Source: Hormiphora californensis (lineage: Eukaryota; Animalia; Ctenophora). From it: a stretch of 64,000 nucleotides of DNA. The notes under the pieces are model-generated. The model did not search any database, was not told the DNA's origin, and saw nothing but the letters and a program-made list of their open reading frames with translations. Shown one piece after another: positions 53,694-64,000 of the stretch. A program made the translations under genes and the position numbers. Where the stretch lies: positions 4,960,001 through 5,024,000 of the forward strand of contig CM035355.1 of NCBI GenBank assembly GCA_020137815.1, written 5' to 3'. Numbering within the stretch: the stretch's first letter is position 1; each line of letters begins with the position of its first letter.

Positions 53694-54137
53694 CAAATTG
53701 CACGGTATAATGTATCACACCCCCTTCCCTGGTGTGTGGTCCTCCTGAGATGATGTCGCTTTACACACACCACAGTTTGTATCACACACATCAATGAGGT
53801 GGACAATGTGGTGCATTATACATGGTGGTTGCCATGCATAATGTCTGTGCAGTCTGTGCGATGAATATCGGCTCACGTAACCTCACACCGAGCCGAAGCT
53901 GTCAGACCAATGCTCTGACCACAGTTCTCGGGCGCTCCGAGAATAGGGTCAGGCGAATGCTCTGACAGGACCGAAGGCCCGGTGTGAGAGCCGACAGACT
54001 GGGAACATGTCAATATGGTGGGTGAGATATGTATCAAAATAAAAGATAACTATTCAAATTGGTTCCTAAACTAGGAACACATAGCTCAGCACTTACCTTG
54101 TTTTGTTCAAACAGTCTATAAACTTGGCAACACTTAC

Positions 54138-54510
54138 CATATTCCTTAGTCTGACTCCAGATGTTCCTGTTCTTGGGCATAGGACTCTTTTTCACCAAGT
54201 CAAATGGACAGGGATAAACAGGAACCGCAATTTCCTGATAAGGAGCAACATCCGACCTGACATAAACCTTCTGTTTCGCAGGACTGAACTTTCGTGGGAT
54301 GGAAGAGAAAGGTGATAACCGTTTCCGTAGGGAGGGAGCAGTATGCGGTTTTGGCGGGAGTTTTTCCCGCTTCTTTTCCCTCCCACCACCACTGTTAGGG
54401 GAGAATTTCCTCCGGACACTCTCGTAGATCTTGTTTTTCCGGTTCAAAAGTCGAGGCGTCAGGCTGGTCACACGGGGCGAGGGTAGGTCTGAGCCTGCAT
54501 TTTCTGCCAT
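54138..54510 (-). CDS. Alternative first coding exon E (MAENAGSDLPSPR..., basic and SP-rich)
   Basis: 373 nt = 124 codons + 1; donor TATG|gtaagt; acceptor gtttag 6 nt before ATG. Confidence 0.75.
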
Positions 54511-54782
54511 ACACAACTAAACGGAAACAATGGATCGGATGATATATAATACACGCACTAACGAGCTAATACAGAGTAAAAAACGTAGTTATTTCTATGC
54601 CGCGGCCCTCGAGATCTTTCTTTAGAGAGGCAGATCAACTAGGAGGGGATGAGGAGGAAGCGATGTGTGTGCTATACACATTTCCGGAGAGAGATAGAGA
54701 GTCTGGTAAAAAACCACAAACAATAGTAATACAGAGCTCCAAATTGAGAACGAAGGAAGAGAGAGAGAGGGAGAGAGAGAGA

Positions 54783-54844
<62 letters not shown>

Positions 54845-54946
54845 GGATCGTTAATCCTAGTATTTTGAGAAATAGGCACTGAGTTTCGCGGGGGGTACAC
54901 AACAGGAAGAAAAGGTGGGATCATCGCGACTACGAAAAAAAAAAGA

Positions 54947-55014
<68 letters not shown>

Positions 55015-55605
55015 TTTCCGTAAACTGGTATTCTTTTAATTGGAGTTTTTGTTAATTGCTATAATATTAATTTAATGGGTTTCTAAGATTGGCTCTCCGC
55101 CGCGTTTTACGTGTTATGACACTTCCTGTTTTGTCTATTTGTTAAGGTCCCGCCAACCAGAATCCCCCGTTGGTTGTCATGGTTACGCGTTATACAAGTT
55201 ATAATACCCTCTATATCGTCATGGCTAGTTACCAGTCACACGTTACGTCACAAGAGGAAAATATCAGATACAAGTTTAGATACTTTTGATATATGTGTGC
55301 GTCATTATGTCCAGTGCATGATGCATGCGTCACAACATGATACCAGAACCGGCTCAAAACAGCAAAGGCAACTTAAATTACCCTTGACATACGAGTCAAA
55401 CCGTGTTTATAGAAACTGACTGAATAGATACGAATAGAATGAAACATAAAGTTCGAGTTACAGTGCAGGGTAAATGATGCCAATCGGTTTTGGGGTTAGT
55501 TACAGTGCAGGGAAGAACCCTTAAACCTGAGGTCTCAGTAGATTGCCATGACTGAGACCTGAGGTTCAGTAGTGACCCCCCCCCCCCATGGAATAATTGA
55601 TTTAC

Positions 55606-55787
55606 CTGAGTTGTTGTCTGACCCCGGGGTAACAGATCGAGGTTGCGGTGGTGGATGATGAGGCTTCAGCAGAATATCAATGTCCCGACCACTAGTGTCC
55701 TCTGGTTCTCCTTTTCTCGGATGTTTCTTTTTCTGTTTCGTACTCCCGGGCTTTTTCTTGAAGTTTTTAAAGTGGAGCTTGAATCAT
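55606..55787 (-). CDS. Candidate alternative first exon F (M-FKLHFKNFKKKPGSTKQKKKHPRK...), needs one indel just after the ATG
   Basis: Open frame from 55783 to phase-1 donor TCAG|gtaaa; ATG is one base out of frame (ATG A TTC AAG). Confidence 0.5.
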
Positions 55788-57843
55788 AATTCCACGGGAA
55801 AAGCTACGCAAAAATATTAAAGTAAGGAAAGTTAGTATCGACAATACTTCAAAAGTTCAATAGTTCAATAGTTCAAAAGTTGCATACAAAAGATGCTCGA
55901 ATAGAAGAGATCATAAAAGAGTACTCTTCATAGATCTTTTCAACGATAGGACTGCCAAGAAAATTAAATGTTCAACAAAGATCCTCAGGCAATGTATATG
56001 ACAGAGTCTCTGTTACTCTTTCATAGAGTCTATAGAGTAGCTATGTCACAGAGATTATTATAGGATACAACTACAACAAAACCAAAAACAACATCGAAGA
56101 TATCTGTGGATTGTAGAAGCCGACACGATATATACCTAACAAGCGTAAGCTCACTATCGACCTAAAAAGTGAGATATATGTGTACATGAGAGATATCTGG
56201 AGAGATAGATCATCTCTACATGTGTATAGCTAACATAAAACATTTGCAGATGACCGCGTGTCGGTATATCTTGGTATCTCATCTTGTTTCTCATTTTATT
56301 ATCATCAAAACTGGTAACTATGTATAAAGCTCCAGTAAGTATTTATGTGCACAAACGTAATATGTTGTGGATACCGGGGCAAATTGAGGAAAAAATGTGA
56401 AAGTTGCAAAGAGAGAATGATAGATGAGAAAATGATGGAGAGAGATGAGTGAGAAAGAGAGAGATGAGTGAGAATAGTGCTTGTTGCGGTGCTGATGCAG
56501 AGCAAGGGAAGGTGATAACTAAGACTCAGTATAAACAGTATTATCGGTAACACTGCTTCATTTTCATTCTCTATCTTTTTCTATCTGTCTCTCTATCTGT
56601 CTCTACCTGTCTCTCTTGTTTCTCTATCCTTTTCTCTATATTTCTCCCTTTCTCTTTCTATTTTTCGCTTCTCTCGCTCTCCATCTTTGGTTAATTTTGT
56701 CAACGGTGAAAAACCTCAATCAAACTTTATCGATACAAAAAACGCGTGCGAGAGGAAAGGCTCGGGTGATATGTGGATGTGTGTCCAGTGTCCATTGCAT
56801 AGAACTACTTTTGAAGTGCAAGCACTACTGGGAAAATCATGCTAGTTATATACATGTTACAAATCGCTTGCATCAAACAAAAATCAATATAGCGATGTTG
56901 TGATTTTGTGGGACGAATGAATGTCAAACTCATTTCTTAACAGAATTGATCATTGTACATGACAACCTAGGCAAATTTCAAGCATAATTTCGATAACGTC
57001 AAAAACACCAGTCTAGTATTATAACTTTTCTTTTGAGAGAGGGCAAGGCAACACACATAATATACTCTTGTTACTCAACAAATATACTCAGCTTTCTAAT
57101 TTGTTGTATGCTAAAAGTTTGGTACAATCTAGTTCAATACAGTCAAACAGTCACTGTAAGTTGAGCTGTCACAGTCTATCACAAACTTATCAACAGGGTA
57201 CATGACAACAACATTCTGTATATATATATATATATATTACTGAGTAATTTGCCGTTGTGCGTAAAGGGTCCCCTTACATGGTCATGGCAACCGCTCTTAT
57301 AAATTCAAATAAATGGGGGGGGGGGGACCGTCGAAAAATACTTTTCAAGTTCCACATCATTTCTTATTCTGCACTTAATTGTTCAGGTACAGAATCAAAT
57401 TCGGTATTTCGTTTTGGATCTATATTCGATCCGTATCGTCAATCTTTCTGAGACGAATTTTCTTGTGGCTACTCAACAAAATTGGTAGACATTTTTGTAA
57501 TTTCGAACCACTTTTGTCGACGGTATATTTCTAATTTTCTATTCTTTTGCGGCATTTTCTCTATGCAAGTCATACCATAATATCATACTAGGCTCTGCAT
57601 GGGACCATGTACCGAGCAGAGTGTAGCGGGTCTAATCAAAGCTTTCCAATAAATAGAGTCAGCACATGAGCTACTACAGCAATATCATTAATTCTTACAT
57701 TGTCCTCCAATTATGACAACAGGTGATCGGACTAAGCGGATCGAACATTCAGGCAATTAAAGGCTTACAGCTTCAAAATCAAACCAATCTATGTATTCCT
57801 TGTTATCCAAGACAAATTCTATCGAGCAACAATTGACGAGCAC

Positions 57844-57952
57844 CAGGAACCGACCGACACAAGTAAACAATCAATCAGAACTCGTTATTTAGGTCACGTG
57901 ACTGGTTATCAGCCAATCAGGGACCAGTATTTCCTGATTCGGTCGGTTCCTG
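57844..57952. mobile_element. 109-bp hAT-type MITE, second copy
   Basis: Same TIR and length as 35979-36087; TSD ACGAGCAC/ACAAGCAC. Confidence 0.92.
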
Positions 57953-59088
57953 ACAAGCACACCAAGATCAAACTGCCTGCATCTCTGCAAACCCTGAAAT
58001 TGCAAATTTTAACCCAGCTCATCAAACAGCGATATAATTCACCTATAAGCGTGATACCGTCCCATCATGATAGAGAGAAATATATAAATTATATTTACAA
58101 CTGGATTGAGTATTGACTCAAGATTAGCATACACCTGGATAACTATGCGTGCCATATTACATGCGGCCCATACCATATTACATAGTGAACATCAATCAAT
58201 GTGTCTTGAGGAAAACACAAAATATTATGCGGGAAATATCATAAGTAACACATATAATAATGATGGCTGTATAGATTTCGGTAAAATCTATTAATCGCCG
58301 CCAAGCCCCCGACTCCCTGTATAACGTCATTGATAGTCTAAACGGGATATATTTGTGGGAATTATGGGGTTGCCTGGTAACAGCTACATATTCGATAGGA
58401 TCATGTCATTGCTTTTATCACTGAAAGCAAACTAACACCTTCCAGGTCAATGCTCTGGCCACAGTTCTCACGCTCTCCGAGAATAAGGTCAGGCCAATGC
58501 TCTGACAGACGAACACTTTCTATTTCATAACTCCTGATAAGTCCATTATAAACAAACTATCAGTACTGCACTACACACAACGACAATTTGAACAAACTCA
58601 CATCACAACTACAAAAATATAAAACTAGTATCACACGGTGCCTAGCTCTGTAGACACAGACTAGCTGTGGTGAAAGTCGTGCATGATTTCCAAGGGGTTT
58701 AAACACACACAATACACACTAGCCGTTATAGTATAGTTAGACGAGAGAGAGGGGGGGTTGCTGACTCATAAAAAGCATTGTTTTATGATTTTATTTTACG
58801 TGCACGTTGTATCTGTATGTATTGTAGTGATATACCTACGACGCACGTGTATATTTTACATGTGGCATGCACCTTGTACTACTATAGTTTATACTTTTCG
58901 GTATAAACAGCAAGGATATTGGTGCAGCTGTGTCGCCTCCAGACCCCTTTTTGATTTTCAGTGTACAGATCGGGTCTGTGCAGGTGTTGTGTTTCCTAAC
59001 GTACGTATTTTCGTTGTCAGAAACAAAAAAGTGGATATTGAGAGTGATGTTGTGAAAAAGATGATTACGAATAATCTATGACTCTTAC

Positions 59089-59599
59089 TTCTTGGTGATT
59101 TCTCCTTCCTCACATCGTTCCTCCACAGTTTGTTGACGCTAAGACCATCGTAATCAAACGCACTCTTTCGATTTCCCGCCATGTTCTCCTCTCCCTCATG
59201 CTGACTACAGTCGGAGTTACTGAAACAACAAACATGAGTTCAATATGGACTCATTGTGAGCAGATCACACCCTTGATTATTTCCTGAATTTTACAAGGAA
59301 TTCATGATCTGGCTTGGTTCTTAATTTTATTTCTGGTACGAATATGAAACCGTGTGCTCCCAAAGGATGATCGATTGATCTTTCCTCAATGTCTACTTCC
59401 TTTAAATATATTACAACCTATAATAGCCTAGTTGTATGCAAGGCTGCTATCTGTCTAGGATTCCCTTCTAAACTCTGTTTAACCCAATCACCCAACTATT
59501 TCTATCTAACTAACCATCTCTATTTAACCATTCCTATATGTCTGTAGCCTGTTTACAAATGATCCCATAATGGCTTGGATAATAATGACTTGCCATAAG

Positions 59600-59639
<40 letters not shown>

Positions 59640-60011
59640 GTGACAGACGTCTGAAACCCAACGCAATTTATTATCGATAGACGATAACACACACTGAACT
59701 AAACTAGTACAAGCAAGTTTACTTCCACCTAAACTAAGGATCATGTCTAGAAAACTGGGGGTCAACTCATAGCCGTCATATCCGAATAACTCCCAGCCCC
59801 CATCTATCCCACTTATCTCTATTTCTCAGCCGGACCCATCTCTCTCTATCTATATTTCTCAGCTGACCCCAAATCTATATTATGTCTCTCTTTCCCCCAT
59901 TACCAGTATAACTCACCTCTTGTTCTTGATAGCCTGCTGAGCCCGAAGTGTGGCAAGCTCTCTCCGTTTGCGCATGGCAGCGGTCGTTGCAGCAACATTT
60001 ACTCGGGGCAT
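59089..60011 (-). CDS. Two-exon alternative N-terminus G (MPRVNVAATTAAMRKRRELATLRAQQAIKNKS|NSDCSQHEGEENMAGNRK...KSPR)
   Basis: Exons 60011-59917 (phase 2, AG|gtgagt) and 59219-59089 (ends phase 1, AGAA|gtaaga); acceptor actcag 13 nt before ATG. Confidence 0.72.
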
Positions 60012-60762
60012 TGTGGAACTTTAGCTGAGTAGGGAGAGGTGGATAGGTGTCAGAAAATAGGCATGTTAGTACACGACACACGTCACACAGATGTTTTTAG
60101 TTCAAAAGAACTAAACTGTAACTAGAAAGTTTTTTAGCAAGTTGTAAGGGGGAAGATTGGGATTCAAGTACTGTTTTCAGGTCTCTTCTTCAGCAAACAA
60201 TCAAACAGTATTTTAGAGTTGAGAATCTCAAATATCGAAATAAAGGTAACAACCATCAGCTGACAAGCACTCAAAGCACTCAAAGGTATATAAAAGGTAT
60301 AGTGAATTGTAACTTTCCTTGGCATAAAGTGAGCTCACTTAGCAAGTCTGCATCGATTCAAAAGTGGGCGACAATTTGAAAGCAGGGTGTCAAATCGGGC
60401 GAGAATTGCAATCAGAGAGGGAAAGAATGAGAGAAACTTCTAGAACTAAAGGGAGAATGGAGCTAGAATCTGGGAGCACTATACTGCAGTTCATTGCAAT
60501 CATATAATGCTGACCAATCATTACTTTTGCGAAGCTATCCGTCTCTTTCATTTCTCTCCCATCGACTCGCTACTATACTCCCTTACTCATTTATTTCCCT
60601 CTTTCATATCGAAAAAAAAGATAGAATTGGGTATGCGGTCGTGTGTTCGCAGAAAAGGAGATTGATTGACCCGCAGCTTTTTAACCACATAGAGAGCTTA
60701 TAGCTCATAGCTTCTTCAGTGAGCAGTAGGTTACAACTTGAGTAGTATAGCTTCATGTTGAC

Positions 60763-60847
<85 letters not shown>

Positions 60848-61341
60848 AAGAGAGAAAGAGAGAGAGAGAGACAGCGAAGAGGGAGAGAAATCAGACGTGA
60901 GAGTGAGAGATGACGAGTACCAGATCGGACCGTATTGCGACCTACATCTAGCAGCAGACGAGCGATGACTACGAATCACAGTAGAATCTCCATGCTAGCT
61001 GTAGGTAACGCTTAGCTATCGAAATCCGATCATATAGATAGATAGATATAAGATCAGATCTTCATCTCTCCGTCTCCTCTTCTCTTCTATTCTCTCTCTC
61101 TCCTCCTTATTCTCTCTACTCAGCTTGATCGCTCTCTCGTTCTCTTCTGCGTACATCTCTCCGCCTCATCTGACTCTCTTCTCTCTCTTCTCTCTCTCTC
61201 TCTCTCTCTTCTTTAGTCCTTCTCTCTCTGCTCTCTCTTTCGACGACTATTCCTAGACAGCGTTTTAGAGGGGGGTATTGTTTGCATCATTGTGTCAGGG
61301 ATGTAGTCGAGAATAATCAGCAAGGACAATCCATCCCATAG

Positions 61342-61495
61342 CTCTGAAGCACCCTATTCTCTGTTCTATCCCTGTCTATCCCTCTGAAGCACCCTATTTT
61401 CTGTTCTATCTCTGTCTATCCCTCTGAAGCACCCTATTTTCTGTTCTATCTCTGTCTATCCCTCTGAAGCACCCTATTCTCTGTTCTATCTCTGT
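61342..61495. repeat. 40-bp tandem repeat x ~4
   Basis: CTCTGAAGCACCCTATTTTCTGTTCTATCTCTGTCTATCC unit. Confidence 0.9.
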
Positions 61496-61599
61496 CCCCC
61501 CCTCGATCTCTGTCTATGACAGTGTCTATATGTCTGTTTATTTATCATTGAAATTTGAAATTTATCATTATATAATATACCTCGACCAAAACGCGGAGT

Positions 61600-62172
61600 T
61601 TTTACGTCAGCCGACCCGAAACCGGATTAAATTTTGCCACCCGCTGGTCTCAGGGCCTCCAAATGTGTCAAAATATGTCTGAATTGTCATTTGGGGTCAT
61701 TTAGACCTTTTAATTACATGTAATTACATTTTAATTACATGTAATTACTTCCAATTGCATTCCAATTACTTTAGCACCTCGAGAGCTTTCGAACACACCC
61801 TAGAACACCTTTCTACTCCTTCCAATTGCCGAGTTCTGTATACCCCTTATTTTGACTGTTTTTCGCGTCCTACCCCTTATAGGTTTGGGTATGGTCATCG
61901 CCGCACCCCCTATACGTCGCGGGACCTCGAGACCTTTCCAACGAGCCATAGAACACCTCTCTACTACTTCAGGGGGCTTCAAAACTTTCACTCTAAAAAT
62001 ATCTATGGTTATGGTTTTATGGTTATGGTTTATGGTTATGGTTTTTTTTTCATCTGGTATTAAGGGCCTGTCGGCTCGGCCCCGTTGTTTTAGTGTTAGG
62101 GGGGATGTTTTAGGGGGGATGGGTTGAGTTTGGGTTATATTCGGGTCGGGGGGCCTTGCCAGGCCCCGAATA
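61600..62172. mobile_element. Helentron-associated (HINE/DINE-like) non-autonomous element
   Basis: Subterminal IR CCGACCCGAA (61611) / TTCGGGTCGG (62140), internal (TATGGTT)n, terminal GGGGCCT-tgcc-AGGCCCC hairpin. Confidence 0.55.
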
Positions 62173-62393
62173 ATCAGGCTTGAGTATAATTGCAGGCTCG
62201 AGTTCAGATTATATACCGGGCAATTCCAAATAATTTGACAAAAAACAAATAGAGCAGAAAGCTATTCGCCGTTGAAAATTGTGTATCATGCCAGTGACTG
62301 TATAATATGTTTGAATTCAGAAGAACGTTAAGCAAGACTGATGGACTCTCTAGACCAAACCGATATTGCCTCAAAAAGATTTAACTAAAGTAT

Positions 62394-63706
62394 TAATCTA
62401 TTGAATTCTTGCCATGACCTCATATTTTTGGGGGGCAAGCTAATTCCTTCACTAAATGTTAGCCAGGGACCTCCTAAGCCACCAAAAAAAAGTTCTAAGC
62501 TCTACCCGTTGGGGGGAGGTCATTTCCGGGCCACGCCCTTTTAAGCCAAAAGCGTAACTACCGTTAGGAAAGGAGTGGAGACAAAATTAAGGGCATCAAA
62601 GTGTTCAGCGTCTTCGCATTAGTGGGGGTAGGTGCCGGAATTAAGTCTCTATCTCATCTGGTTAATTAGATAATTGGATAATTAGGTATGCGCATAGCCG
62701 TTTGCTGGCCATATGGCTATAGCCATGTTAGGAAAGGAGTAGAGACAAAATCAAGGGCATTAAAATGTGTAGCGTCCTCGCATTAGTGGGGGTAGGTGCC
62801 GGAATTAAGTCTCTATCTCATTTGGTTAATTAGATAATTGGATAATTAGATCTGCGCATAGCCGTTTTTGGCCATACGGCTATAGCCACTTAGGAATGAT
62901 TTAGAGACTTTTCACTGGTGCCATTTTGTTCAGAAATAAATTTCAATCTAAGAGTTGTTGAAAAATTTAGGCTCTATCTCTTACCATTTTGGAGTTATTT
63001 GTGGTCAAAGTAGGCCAAATCAGCCGGAAATGCCAAAAAATGAAGAATACAATTGGCATTTTCGGCTGATTTGGCATACTTTGACCGCAAATAACGCCAA
63101 AACGGTAAGCGATTGAGCCTAAATTTTTCAACAACTCTTAGACTGAAATTTGTTTCTGAACAAAATGGCACCAGTGAAAAGTCTCTAAATCATTCCTAAG
63201 TGGCTGTAGCCATATAGCCAAAAAACGGTTATGTACAGACCTAATTATCCAATTATCTAATTAACCAGATGAGATAGAGACTTAATTTCGGCACCTACCC
63301 CCACTAATGCGAGGACGCTACACATTTTAATGCCCTTGATTTTGTCTCTACTCCTTTCCTAACATGGCTATAGCCATATGGCCAGCAAACGGCTATGCGC
63401 ATACCTAATTATCAAATTATCTAATTAACCAAATGAGATAGAGACTTAATTCCAGCGCCTACCCCCACTAATTCGAGGACGCTGAACACTTTGGTGCACT
63501 TGATTTTGTCTCTACTCCTTTCCTAACGGTAGTTACGCTTTTGGCATAAAAGGGCGTGGCCCGGAAATGACCTCCCCCCAACGGGTAGAGCTTAGAACTT
63601 TTTTTTGGTGGCTTAGGAGATCCCTGGCTAACATTTAGTGAAGGAATTAGCTTGCCCCCCAAAAATATGAGGTCAAGCCGTATTTTTACAAGAATTCAAT
63701 AGATTA
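62394..63706. mobile_element. ~1.3 kb fold-back element
   Basis: ~640-bp inverted arms, ~16-nt loop near 63045; each arm holds a ~164-bp tandem duplication. Confidence 0.92.
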
Positions 63707-64000
63707 TATCGATTCTTAGAATTCAGAGAGAAATATAGGAAATACGAAAGATATTATATGATTCAAAGCGAGGAATTATCGAGAGAGGTATAGATATTAA
63801 AGACTAGAGAGCAAAGGAGAAAGCAAGAGACAAGGAGATATAGACAATATATCAGTATAATACATGGAATGAATAGGGAGGCTAATTGACCACTGCTCTC
63901 AATAGAGCATGCAACATAGTAGCAGACAGATCAATACAGTAACATGTTTGTGCAGAATCTTATTGCCAACAACAACCAAAGTGATGACACAAACAGATTG

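Overview
Eukaryotic (animal) genomic DNA with short GT-AG introns, abundant (GA/CT)n microsatellites and many non-autonomous inverted-repeat elements. It is most likely a ctenophore, probably Pleurobrachia; this is an inference from the repeat families and the IPNS-like oxygenase, not a database result. Left half (1-30 kb) is gene-dense: 7TM GPCR, PDI-family gene (3' part not found in the window), TFAM-like HMG-box gene, OXLD1, RACK1, METTL23, an IPNS-like 2OG-Fe(II) oxygenase, an OST-alpha-like transporter, two tandem Cys-rich single-pass PY-motif proteins and PIGB. The right half looks gene-poor on the ORF track, but manual splicing suggests one ~29 kb minus-strand calmodulin-like gene. Six constant exons (four intact EF hands, 31312-34727) are preceded by at least 5, and up to ~9, unrelated alternative first coding exons, and those that are intact end in phase 1, in frame with the same constant exon. 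This variable-N-terminus/constant-body layout, with a sulfotransferase gene nested inside it, is the main candidate for an undescribed system. Most start codons sit 1-13 nt behind a splice acceptor, consistent with spliced-leader trans-splicing. Several single-base indels and garbled tracts indicate local assembly errors, which limits pseudogene calls.
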